Shown: positions 25,073 through 34,036 of the stretch, in pieces
Layout: the number at the start of each line of letters is the position of its first letter
How positions within the stretch are numbered: position 1 is the stretch's first letter
From: a virus
Lineage: Duplodnaviria; Heunggongvirae; Uroviricota; Caudoviricetes
Reading direction: 5' to 3' (one strand)
Length of the DNA stretch: 64,000 nt
IMG/VR virus record: IMGVR_UViG_2513237141_000003
Location: 64,001 to 128,000 of that record
Position numbers and translations under genes: made by a program
Notes under the pieces: model-generated
Seen by the model: the letters and a program-made list of their open reading frames with translations, nothing else
Told to the model about the DNA's origin: nothing
The model's database searches: none

Positions 25073-25830
25073 TGGGCGACGGCGATCTCGAGAACATCAT
25101 CCTGCACACCGTGGAGCGGTGGTGGTCTGGCCGCTACAGCGAGAAGCACGGCATCGTCACGAGCTACGATCCCGTTAAGTATCTCGCCAAGGTGAAATTC
25201 CAGCCGGGCGGACAGGAGTCCGACTGGCTCCCGATCGAGACCGGCCACATCGGCAATCAATACGGCATCGCTGTCGGCCTGCAGCCCGGAGATGGCCAGA
25301 CGACCGGCGACCAGGTCGTGGTCCGCTACCAAGAGGGCGATGTCGAGGCCGGCAAGATCGTCCAGCGCGTCCACTCCGACAATGACAAGCCGCCGACCGT
25401 GCAGTCAGGCGAGCTCGTCGTCTGGACAAGGTTTCAGAAGTCGGATGGCGGCAAGGAGTCGGCGCAGGGCGGTCAAGGCGGCACCGGACAGCAGATTTAT
25501 TTCAAGAACGACGGCTCGGCCACCATCACCGATGGCAACGGCGCAACGTTGGTCATGGACGGCAACGGCAACGTCAAGCTGACCTGCAACAACCTGACGA
25601 TCACCGTGAACGGCAACTGGATTTCCGACATCGCCAAAATTGTAACGATGGTGGCCGGCGGAGACATCGGTCTTGGCGCTGGCGGCAACGCTGAGATCTC
25701 GGCAGGAAAAATCACAGGCCTCACCGGCGGTGCCTCCGTCAATATCCAGGGTGGCGGCAGCGTCTCAGATGGATCTGTCACTCCAGCGAGTGGCGGTTCG
25801 ATGCAACCTCCGACGACAGTGACGCCGTAA
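25069..25830 (+). CDS. Baseplate central spike (gpV-like)
   Basis: GIVTSYDP..Y.AKVKFQP...SDWLPI OB-fold; C-terminal beta-helix repeats. Confidence 0.85.
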   Translation: MMGDGDLENIILHTVERWWSGRYSEKHGIVTSYDPVKYLAKVKFQPGGQESDWLPIETGHIGNQYGIAVGLQPGDGQTTGDQVVVRYQEGDVEAGKIVQRVHSDNDKPPTVQSGELVVWTRFQKSDGGKESAQGGQGGTGQQIYFKNDGSATITDGNGATLVMDGNGNVKLTCNNLTITVNGNWISDIAKIVTMVAGGDIGLGAGGNAEISAGKITGLTGGASVNIQGGGSVSDGSVTPASGGSMQPPTTVTP

Positions 25831-26729
25831 TGACCCAGCTCGCCGATTTCAGCTTCGTCATCAACAATGCCTTGCAGACGATCCACGTCGGCGCCATCTT
25901 GGCGCCGCTTACGACAAACACCTTGGCCGCGAACGTTAGCCTTGTGCAGTTCGATGGCGCTACCGGTGTCGGTCAGATCACCTACAACGACCGGCAACCG
26001 CTGCCGGAAGCCTTCTCCGACCCCTCGCCATATCAGACCTACGTCAACCAATGGATCACCGCCTTGGCGTCCGGGAGTCCGGCGCTCACGCTTTCGCAGG
26101 CGCAGGCGATCAAGTGTTCGCTCGTGAATGCGATCTACGCCGTCAAGCGTCAGGCCGCGGTCAGCATCCACGTGACCGCGGGGACCTATTCATGGGACGC
26201 GACCGACAGCACCGTGGAGCGCGTGCTCGCGCCGCTCTGTGGGCTGCTCTATGTCGATCCGGTCAATACTGTTATCGGAGAAGTCAACACGCTGATTACC
26301 GAAATAGATACGACGTTAAGCACGCTCAACAGCACATGGGCGACCAACTTCAACACGCTAAACAGCAATTGGCCTTCCCAAATTCAGGCTGCCCTCAATA
26401 ATCTGGTGAGCGAGATCAATGCCTCGCTGCCGTTCCAGAGCGGCGGCGCAACCATAGCAGGCGTAACCGGACCTTCGGCGGTGACGTTTGATAGCGGCCT
26501 CTCCGGTTTTTCTGGAAACTCTACGCTGACGGCACCGTCCATCAGCCTGATCCCAGTCGGGCAAACGACGCCTGTAACCCTGTCACCGACAGACCTGCAG
26601 GCGATCGTGGTCGCCATCAACGCTCAGAATGCATCGAAGCAGTCGACCAGCCTGTCCAAGCAGGCTGCGATCAACGCTCTCACCTCGATCACCTCGGTGG
26701 TCTCCTACGACGCCACGACCGGATGGTGA
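25830..26729 (+). CDS. Fibre/spike-associated protein (DUF4376-like segment and coiled coil)
   Basis: QFDGATGVGQITY, YSWDAT motifs; heptad-like EVNTLITEIDTTLSTLN. Confidence 0.6.
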   Translation: MTQLADFSFVINNALQTIHVGAILAPLTTNTLAANVSLVQFDGATGVGQITYNDRQPLPEAFSDPSPYQTYVNQWITALASGSPALTLSQAQAIKCSLVNAIYAVKRQAAVSIHVTAGTYSWDATDSTVERVLAPLCGLLYVDPVNTVIGEVNTLITEIDTTLSTLNSTWATNFNTLNSNWPSQIQAALNNLVSEINASLPFQSGGATIAGVTGPSAVTFDSGLSGFSGNSTLTAPSISLIPVGQTTPVTLSPTDLQAIVVAINAQNASKQSTSLSKQAAINALTSITSVVSYDATTGW

Positions 26730-26730
26730 C

Positions 26731-27096
26731 ATGGCTGATTGTGATCTTGAGTGGGGCGGCGACTTCGGTGTCGACGCCACCGGCGACCTGTTGCTGGTCG
26801 ATGGCGACGACGAGGTGCGCCAGCGCCTCGAGCGTCGTCTCTTCACCGCGGCGAAAGGCGGCTACGTCTGGCATCCAGAGTATGGCGCGGGCCTGCCCCA
26901 AAAGATCGGCAGCGTGCTGTCGCAATCCGAGATCCAGTCGATCGTCTCTTCGCAAATCGCGATGGAGGCATCGGTCGCCCCAAACCCACCGGCGCAGCTC
27001 ACCGTCGACAAGCAGGTCGGCGGCACCGTCACGATCAGCATCAAGTATTGGGACGCTCGGACCGGCGAGTCGGTGTCCTTTTCCATTACGGCATAA
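26731..27096 (+). CDS. Baseplate wedge protein (gp25/gpW-like)
   Basis: MADCDLEWGGDF...GDLLLVDG..EVRQRLERRL.T...YVWHPEYGAGL. Confidence 0.85.
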   Translation: MADCDLEWGGDFGVDATGDLLLVDGDDEVRQRLERRLFTAAKGGYVWHPEYGAGLPQKIGSVLSQSEIQSIVSSQIAMEASVAPNPPAQLTVDKQVGGTVTISIKYWDARTGESVSFSITA

Positions 27097-27105
27097 GGGG
27101 CGCGA

Positions 27106-28353
27106 ATGGCTACGCTGCCGACCCAATCGTTTCAGACGATCGTCACCAACACCGTTTCCGGCATCCAGGGTCGCTCGTCCAAGCTTATCAATTTCGCGAT
27201 CGGATCGACCCTGCGGGCGATCGCGGAAGGCTTTGCGGGCGTCTTCCTCTGGTTTCAGGGGATGGTGTTGCAGCTGTTGGCGGCGTGCCGGCTATCGACC
27301 GCGAGTGGCGTCGATGTCGACACCTTCACGGCCGATTTCATGCCGACAGTCGGCATCTCCAACGGCGTAGCGTCGCCGCGACTTGGCCCGCAGTTCGCAA
27401 GCGGACAGGTGACGTTCGCGCGCTTCACGGCCGCGCCCACGACCTGTTTCATCCCGGCCGCAAGCGCGGTGGATGCGAGCGGCTCCATCACCAATGCGGG
27501 GACGAACAACGCTACAACGATGAAATCGAGCGATGGCTCGCAGTCATTCGTTGTGATGGCTGACACGACCAACCCCAACTACTCGGCCACGCTCGGTGGC
27601 TACACTTTGGCTTCGTCTGTCGCCTCGATCACGGTGGCGGCGCAGGCACAGTTCCCGGGCAGCGCCGGCAATGTCGTGGCCGGCGCGATCGCTGTGATGA
27701 CGTCACCTATCACCGGCATCGACACCGTCAACAACGTGGCCGCCTTCACCAATGGCGCCGATCAGGAAAGCGACAGCGCGCTGAAGCGGCGCTTTGCCGC
27801 CTACATCCTCGGATTGTCGCGCGGCGACTATTACGGCCTGAACGCCTCGATCGAGGGGGCGTCCGTCACGGTGCAATGGACGCTGACTGAGTTCTACAAT
27901 TACGATGGCAGCTACCATCCGGCTTACTTCTTTGTCGTCGCCGATGATGGGAGCGGCAACCCGTCGGCAGCGTTCCTCGACGTCATCCGCACCGCTGCAG
28001 AGGCCGTGCGGCCGCTCGGCAATCAGTGCACGGTGTTTCCGCCCGTCATCATGACGGCGAACGTCTCGATGACGATCACGAGCGCGCCTGGCTACACCCA
28101 CACGGTTGTGGTGGCGCAGGTCGCGGCCCTGATTGCCACCAACATCAACTCGCTCGGTCTCGGCAATTCCCTGCCGTGGTCGCAGCTTGCGGCGTGGGCC
28201 TATTCTGTTCCGGGCGTGACCGGCGTGTCCGGCGTGCTGCTCAACGGCGCGGGTGGCGATGCCGCCTCGCTCGCCACCACCAAGAAGACTCAGGACGGTC
28301 AGGGGACGATCTCCTACGCAACCATCAAATCCGGGACCATGACGATCGCATGA
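27106..28353 (+). CDS. Baseplate J-like protein
   Basis: GSTLRAIAE, GSAGNV, NGADQESDSALKRRF motifs. Confidence 0.9.
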   Translation: MATLPTQSFQTIVTNTVSGIQGRSSKLINFAIGSTLRAIAEGFAGVFLWFQGMVLQLLAACRLSTASGVDVDTFTADFMPTVGISNGVASPRLGPQFASGQVTFARFTAAPTTCFIPAASAVDASGSITNAGTNNATTMKSSDGSQSFVVMADTTNPNYSATLGGYTLASSVASITVAAQAQFPGSAGNVVAGAIAVMTSPITGIDTVNNVAAFTNGADQESDSALKRRFAAYILGLSRGDYYGLNASIEGASVTVQWTLTEFYNYDGSYHPAYFFVVADDGSGNPSAAFLDVIRTAAEAVRPLGNQCTVFPPVIMTANVSMTITSAPGYTHTVVVAQVAALIATNINSLGLGNSLPWSQLAAWAYSVPGVTGVSGVLLNGAGGDAASLATTKKTQDGQGTISYATIKSGTMTIA

Positions 28354-29114
28354 GCATAACCGGCAGCTCGTCCAATATCTCCGAACGCGTTTTTCGGGTC
28401 CTTCCCAAGGGGTGGTTCAAGTGGGCCGCACCGATCCGCAATGCGATCGTCGGCGGTCTCTCGGATGCCGCTTCATGGTGCTATGGCCTGATCGGCTACG
28501 CACGCGCGCAGACGCGCCTTTCGACCGCGTACGGCGTCTGGCTCGACGTCTGGGCGTTCGACTTTCTCGGGCGCTACCTCGTCAGAAACGGCGCGCCCGA
28601 TGCCGCCTTCCGGGCGCTGATCAAGGCGACAGTTCTGCAAGAACGGGTCACCCGCAAGGGCATGATCAACGCTATCACGGCCCTGACCGGTAAGGCGCCG
28701 ATCATCTTCGAACCATGGAATACTTACGACACTGGCGGATATTCGAACGCCAAGGCCGGTCAGGTATGTGGCCAATTCGGCTACGGCGTCGGCCAGGGCG
28801 GCTACGGCAGCATGGTGCTGCCAGCGCAGACCTTCATTCAGGTTGACCCAGGCGTCGGCGCCGGCATTCCAGATGTCGGCGGATACGGCACGGGCATCAT
28901 GGGCTACGGCGTCGGCGCGTCCGAATATGCCGGACCAACCATCGAAGAGTCCGGCGTCACGCCGGCAATGATCTACGACCTCATCAACAAGACCAAGCCG
29001 ACCGGCTCCACCTGCTGGGTGCTGATCTCGAGCATCTCACAGGGCAGCCTGATCATGTCCGAAGGCGGCGCCAACATAACTGCCGATAATGGCTCTCAAC
29101 TCATTGCAGGGTGA
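28350..29114 (+). CDS. Baseplate wedge protein (gpI-like)
   Basis: ATG 28350; QTRLSTAYGVWLDVWAFDFLG; Gly/Tyr-rich loops. Confidence 0.82.
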   Translation: MSITGSSSNISERVFRVLPKGWFKWAAPIRNAIVGGLSDAASWCYGLIGYARAQTRLSTAYGVWLDVWAFDFLGRYLVRNGAPDAAFRALIKATVLQERVTRKGMINAITALTGKAPIIFEPWNTYDTGGYSNAKAGQVCGQFGYGVGQGGYGSMVLPAQTFIQVDPGVGAGIPDVGGYGTGIMGYGVGASEYAGPTIEESGVTPAMIYDLINKTKPTGSTCWVLISSISQGSLIMSEGGANITADNGSQLIAG

Positions 29115-29116
29115 CG

Positions 29117-30283
29117 ATGCTGAAAATCTCGCGACTCTCGATGCTGCTTGCCGCTGTTTTCTTTGGCGCGTCCGCGCCCGCGCTCGCACAGACCACGGAA
29201 ACCTACACAGCCTACATTCTCGGCTTGCAGTCCGTCGGCGCGCTCGTCGGCAACGAGCGCATCGGAGCGGTGCAGGGTGGCACGTCGAAAGCGACATCTC
29301 CGCAACAGATCCTCGGCATGATCAACGGGGACTGCTCCTTCTCTGCATCCATCATCTGCACCAAGACCAACGGCGTTGCGTTTGCGCCGTCGGCGACGAT
29401 CAATGCTCTCAACGCCGGAAACATCAATGCAGGCGTGCTCGGGTCCACCTATGGCGGTGCGGGCACCGTCAACGGCGCACTCAAGGGCGACGGCACCGGC
29501 AACGTCTCGAAGGCGGGGTGCAGCGATCTAGCGGGAGTAGCTCCGTCCTGCGGGACTGACGCGACCAACGCCAGCAATATCAACACCGGCTTTCTCAATT
29601 TGTCACGGCTTGCCGCTCCACTCACGAGCCCAACCGTCAGCGGCAACACATCCCAGCTTGCAACGGTCGCGACGGGGACCAAGACGGCCAATCATGCCGC
29701 AACGTGGGATGTGAACGGCAACATCCAGGATGGTGGCGTGTCGTCCGGCACGGTCACCGAGCAGAAGAACACGGCTGGCGCTGGTCTTGTAACGTCCGGC
29801 AACTGCGATAACACCAGCACCAACGCATCGAGTCCTTGCCAGTTTGCTGTAACGGCCGGACAGGTCCCAGGCACGGCGACAAATGACAATGCCAGTTCTG
29901 GCAATGTTGGGGAGATCATCCAGTGCAACAACACCGTGAGCGGCATGAGCTCTGGTGTTCCATTCAACTTCTGCTCGATCGTCTTGACGCCCGGCGATTG
30001 GGACGTCTCCGGTCTCATGATGATGACGGGCTCACCGTGGACGGTGCAGGTCGTTGAGTTTGGCATCAGCACAACGTCTCTCACCATGCCGTCCACTACA
30101 GGCACGCTGGCGGCCTTCGCTGGTCCGTTCGTGCAATATTACAATGTATCACTGGCGATTACGCCTTATCGCATCACCGTCGCTACTAGCACCACCACCA
30201 CGATTTACGCCGTCGGCGACGTGACGTGGAACGCTGGCGGCGGAAGCATGGCTGCCCGCATCGAGGCGCGCCGTGTGAGGTGA
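29117..30283 (+). CDS. Signal-peptide-bearing fibre-like protein, 8 Cys
   Basis: MLKISRLSMLLAAVFFGASAPALA-Q signal; N-terminal fibre motif LVGNERIGAVQGGTSKATSPQQI; C-terminal LTPGDWDVSG...ARRVR domain. Confidence 0.75.
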   Translation: MLKISRLSMLLAAVFFGASAPALAQTTETYTAYILGLQSVGALVGNERIGAVQGGTSKATSPQQILGMINGDCSFSASIICTKTNGVAFAPSATINALNAGNINAGVLGSTYGGAGTVNGALKGDGTGNVSKAGCSDLAGVAPSCGTDATNASNINTGFLNLSRLAAPLTSPTVSGNTSQLATVATGTKTANHAATWDVNGNIQDGGVSSGTVTEQKNTAGAGLVTSGNCDNTSTNASSPCQFAVTAGQVPGTATNDNASSGNVGEIIQCNNTVSGMSSGVPFNFCSIVLTPGDWDVSGLMMMTGSPWTVQVVEFGISTTSLTMPSTTGTLAAFAGPFVQYYNVSLAITPYRITVATSTTTTIYAVGDVTWNAGGGSMAARIEARRVR

Positions 30284-30348
30284 GCCAGACCTTCTTGATG
30301 CACGCGCCTAAGACAGTCTGACGCCAACTACCCGCCAATCACATCAGC

Positions 30349-30374
30349 AAACCCGCCCTCGAGGCGGGTTTTTT
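30349..30374 (+). terminator. Intrinsic terminator-like hairpin
   Basis: AAACCCGCC-ctcga-GGCGGGTTT then TTT. Confidence 0.72.
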
Positions 30375-30397
30375 GTTGTCCAAAGGAAACAGCCTTC

Positions 30398-32452
30398 ATG
30401 GATCGCGTCATCGTTTATCCCGGTGCCCTCCCGCAGGATACCGACCTCCTCAACACCAACCTGTTCGCGCTCATCAATGGCGGCTTCAAGAACTCCGCCA
30501 TCTTCGGAACGTCGAACGCGGTGTCGGGTCTTGCCTGCACACCGACGGCGCCGGCATCTCTGCAGGTCAATGTCGGCGTCGGCTCGATCTTCGAGATGGA
30601 TGAGATCGACGCGTCCGCATACGGCAGCCTTGGCAGCAACACCCAGAACATCATGAAGCAGGGCATTCTGCCGACCGCGCAGACCCTGACCCTCACGCCT
30701 CCCGGCACGACAGGCTTTTCACAGGTCTATCTCGTCCAAGCAGCGCTTGAGGATATCGACGCCGGCGCAATGGTGCTGAGCTATTATAACTCGGCCAATC
30801 CCTTAAAGCCGTTTTCCGGCCCCAACAACTCCGGCTCGTCCAACTACACGATCCGCACCTGCCGCTGCGTGATCCAGCTGAAGGCCGGCGTGCCCGCCAC
30901 CACCGGAACGCAGGTCGCTCCGTCGGCAGATGCCGGGTGGGTCGGTCTCTACACCATCACGATCGCCAACGCCACCACGCAGATCACCTCCGGCATGATC
31001 GCGCAGCTTGCAAGCGCGCCGTTCTTCCGGACCTTGCCGCAGGTGCCGTATGACGTCCAGCAGGGCTACTACGTCTATGGTGGCACCGATACGGGTACGG
31101 CCAACAACTATGTCGTCACCTTCCAGGCCGGTCAGCCGATCCCGGCGGGCTACACCACCGGCATGGAGGTCGAGTTCAAGGCGCTGAACACCTCGACCGG
31201 CTCGTCTCAGGTCAATGTGCAGGGACTTGGCAATGTCACCATTCGCCGCGCCAACGGCGTGGCGACCGCTGCGAATGACATCACGTCCGGCCAGATCGTT
31301 CGCCTCAAGTATGACGGCACCTTTTTCCAGATCCAGAACTACACCGGCTCCGGTGCCAACACCAACACCTCCACCGTCGTCGACATCCCTTATGTCGCAG
31401 ACTCCGGCACGCAGAACGCGATCGTTGCGACCTTCAGCCCGTCAATCGGCTCGCTTACCGATGGCATATATGTCTCGGTCAAACTCGCCAATGCGATCAC
31501 CGGTGCGGCGACGTTGAACGCGAACGGCCTCGGCGCAAAGCCTGTGGTTCTAGGTGACGGCACCAACCCGCCCTACAACGTGTTTGTCGCCAACATGGAT
31601 GTCCTCTTCGTCTATTCGACGGCGATGGCTTCATGGCAGATTGCCAACACGTCCGCGGGCATGTTCTATCGCCGGCCGACGTCGAATTATAATATCTACG
31701 TCAACACCTCGACCGGAAGCGACACGCTCTACGATGGCACATCGGCCACCGTCGGGACCGGGACCTCTGGACCGGTCAAGACGATCAGCAAGGCGATACT
31801 GATCGCTTTCGGCTACGCACCGAGCCAGTTCAGCATCACCATTCAGGTAGCGAACGGCACCTATAGCGAGAACGTGCAGACACCGGGCTACGCCGGGCCG
31901 AACGTCATCATCCAGGGCGCTTCCACAGCGGGTGTCATCATCAACGGCGGCAACAACACGGCCGTGGATGTCGGTGGACCAAACACGCTCACCGTCAACA
32001 ACGTCACCGTGCAGACCTCTGGCGCAAATGCCAATGGCTTCTCCGCCACCAACGGCGCGACGTTGACTACGAACAACACGGCGAGCAATGGCGTAGGTGG
32101 CGCCGTGTTTGCCGGTTATCAGGGCGCCACGATCAACCCAGGCAACCACACATTCAACGGCAGCTGCGCGACGTGCTTTGCCGGCTACTTCGGCGGCTTC
32201 TGCAACATCGCCCAGTTCACCTATACGTTCTCGACGCCGATCTCCGTGATCGACGGTACCGTTCTCGCCTATGGCGGGCAGGTCGAAGTCAGCAATGGAA
32301 CGCCGCCGTCGTTCGTCAACGCGAGCTACGTCAACGGCCAGAAGTTTCAGTCGCAGCTCAATGGCCTGATCACCTGCTACACGCTGGGCCTGAACTTCCT
32401 GCCCGGAACGCAGCCGGGCATCCTCACGTTCGGCGGCCAGTATCTGCCGTAA
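30398..32452 (+). CDS. Main tail fibre / receptor-binding protein (C-terminal beta-helix-like)
   Basis: N-terminal MDRVIVYPGALPQDTD baseplate anchor; GTDTGTANNY and ADSGTQNA repeats; IYVNTSTGSD...PVKTISKAI pectin-lyase-like start; no signal peptide. Confidence 0.85.
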   Translation: MDRVIVYPGALPQDTDLLNTNLFALINGGFKNSAIFGTSNAVSGLACTPTAPASLQVNVGVGSIFEMDEIDASAYGSLGSNTQNIMKQGILPTAQTLTLTPPGTTGFSQVYLVQAALEDIDAGAMVLSYYNSANPLKPFSGPNNSGSSNYTIRTCRCVIQLKAGVPATTGTQVAPSADAGWVGLYTITIANATTQITSGMIAQLASAPFFRTLPQVPYDVQQGYYVYGGTDTGTANNYVVTFQAGQPIPAGYTTGMEVEFKALNTSTGSSQVNVQGLGNVTIRRANGVATAANDITSGQIVRLKYDGTFFQIQNYTGSGANTNTSTVVDIPYVADSGTQNAIVATFSPSIGSLTDGIYVSVKLANAITGAATLNANGLGAKPVVLGDGTNPPYNVFVANMDVLFVYSTAMASWQIANTSAGMFYRRPTSNYNIYVNTSTGSDTLYDGTSATVGTGTSGPVKTISKAILIAFGYAPSQFSITIQVANGTYSENVQTPGYAGPNVIIQGASTAGVIINGGNNTAVDVGGPNTLTVNNVTVQTSGANANGFSATNGATLTTNNTASNGVGGAVFAGYQGATINPGNHTFNGSCATCFAGYFGGFCNIAQFTYTFSTPISVIDGTVLAYGGQVEVSNGTPPSFVNASYVNGQKFQSQLNGLITCYTLGLNFLPGTQPGILTFGGQYLP

Positions 32453-32462
32453 CCACCCACGA

Positions 32463-32483
32463 GGCCGCCTTCGGGCGGCTTTT
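32463..32483 (+). terminator. Terminator between the fibre and endolysin genes
   Basis: GGCCGCC-TTCG-GGCGGCT then TTT. Confidence 0.65.
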
Positions 32484-32498
32484 CATTTGGAGCATCGC

Positions 32499-33134
32499 AT
32501 GTTCGACTCCGCGAGGTTCGAAGCCGCGCTGATGCAGCTATGGCCGCACGGCGACGACAAGATCCCGGGCCTGCGTCCCGCCATGGTGTCGCAGGCACCG
32601 GCGCTCTTTGCCAAGTACGGTCTCGTGACGCCGATGGCGATCGCCAACTTCATGGGAGAGTGCACGGAGGAGTGCGGCGGCGGCATCGAGGTCGAGGAGA
32701 ACCTCAACTATCGGGCAAGCGTGCTGTGCTCGCAGTGGCCGCGCCACTTCACGGCGGCGCAGGCGCTCGCCATGCAGCACCACCCGCAGCTGATCGCCAA
32801 TCAGGCCTACAACGGCCGCATGGGCAACCGTATCGGCACCGACGACGGCTGGAGTTATCGCGGCCGCGGCCCATCGCAGACCACCGGGCGAGATGCCTAC
32901 GCGCAGCTTGGTCAGCTGATGGGGCTCGATCTCGTCACCCATCCCGAGCTGATCAACGCGCCCGAGCATTTCCTGGAGGCCGGGCTGATCGACTTCGTCA
33001 CCATCTGCAAGTGCCTGCCTTACGCGGAGCGGGACGACGAGGTGAACGAGACGCGTCACCTCAACGGAGGGCTGATCGGCCTGCAGCAGCGGCAGGCCTC
33101 TATCGGGCTCTGGAAACATGCACTCGGAGCGTGA
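32499..33134 (+). CDS. Endolysin, glycoside hydrolase family 19
   Basis: EENLNY, IANQAYNGRMGN, DGWSYRGRG.SQTTGRDAY, NGG.IGL..R motifs. Confidence 0.9.
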   Translation: MFDSARFEAALMQLWPHGDDKIPGLRPAMVSQAPALFAKYGLVTPMAIANFMGECTEECGGGIEVEENLNYRASVLCSQWPRHFTAAQALAMQHHPQLIANQAYNGRMGNRIGTDDGWSYRGRGPSQTTGRDAYAQLGQLMGLDLVTHPELINAPEHFLEAGLIDFVTICKCLPYAERDDEVNETRHLNGGLIGLQQRQASIGLWKHALGA

Positions 33135-33148
33135 TCACTGTGACCATC

Positions 33149-33343
33149 ATGACACAATCAATCGTCAAAGCTGCGCTCGACCGAGCTTTCGATGAGCATA
33201 TTGGGAAAATCTTTTCCGTCCTCGTCCAGAACGTCATCGCGAACGATCACGAAGCTCTCGATCACTTCGCCAATGGAGTGGAGGCCGGACTGGCCGCGCA
33301 TGCGGACGCATCGGCCCTCATTGACAAGCTGGTGAAAGCATGA
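33149..33343 (+). CDS. Small helical hypothetical protein in the lysis region
   Basis: 64 aa; ATGA overlap with the lipase gene. Confidence 0.55.
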   Translation: MTQSIVKAALDRAFDEHIGKIFSVLVQNVIANDHEALDHFANGVEAGLAAHADASALIDKLVKA

Positions 33344-34014
33344 CGCCGACCGCGGGCGATCTCGTCAAGCTCTGCGCCCAGATATATCAGCCGAACGCCG
33401 CCGTTTCCGGCTTCGATTATTTCGATGCCGGCATGGACGACGGCGTCTGCTGGGCCATCAAGCGCCTCGATGGCTGCGACGTTGTCGTCTTCCGCGGCTC
33501 CGTGACGATGCAGGACTGGGCGCGGGACATCCTGGCGCTGGCGCTGCCGAGTCGCATTGGCCACGTCCACACCGGCTTCTACGCTGGTATGGAGCATATG
33601 TGGTCGGACTGCCAGAAGATGGTCACCCAGCCGGTCGCGGTGACGGGCCACTCCTTGGGTGCGGCCCGTGCCGACGTGATGGCAGCGATGATGAGCACCG
33701 ACGGGCAAGACCCGGTCTTGCGTGTGGTGTTCGGTGAGCCGAAGCCCGGCCTAATTGATTTCACCTCGCGCATCGCCCGCATCCCCGGCGGTAGCTACCG
33801 CAACGGCGACGGCTTTCACCACGATCTCATCACGGACGTCCCCTTCAGTTTCCCACCGGAAGAGTATGTACGCCCGACGCCGATCATCCGGGTGTGCGCC
33901 GCGCCGCCGGCGGACGATCGTTGGGGCGCGTTTTCCTGGCACCACATCGAACTTTACGAGGCGGCGATCGCGGCCGCTGAGACGAAAGCTGCTGATCCCC
34001 AGCGGCTCAACTGA
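33340..34014 (+). CDS. Class-3 lipase (alpha/beta hydrolase)
   Basis: VVFRGS...DW, VHTGF, nucleophile elbow TGHSLGAA, FGEPKPG, DLITDVP, C-terminal WHH. Confidence 0.85.
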   Translation: MTPTAGDLVKLCAQIYQPNAAVSGFDYFDAGMDDGVCWAIKRLDGCDVVVFRGSVTMQDWARDILALALPSRIGHVHTGFYAGMEHMWSDCQKMVTQPVAVTGHSLGAARADVMAAMMSTDGQDPVLRVVFGEPKPGLIDFTSRIARIPGGSYRNGDGFHHDLITDVPFSFPPEEYVRPTPIIRVCAAPPADDRWGAFSWHHIELYEAAIAAAETKAADPQRLN

Positions 34015-34036
34015 GAGACCAAGGAGACCAATCCCC

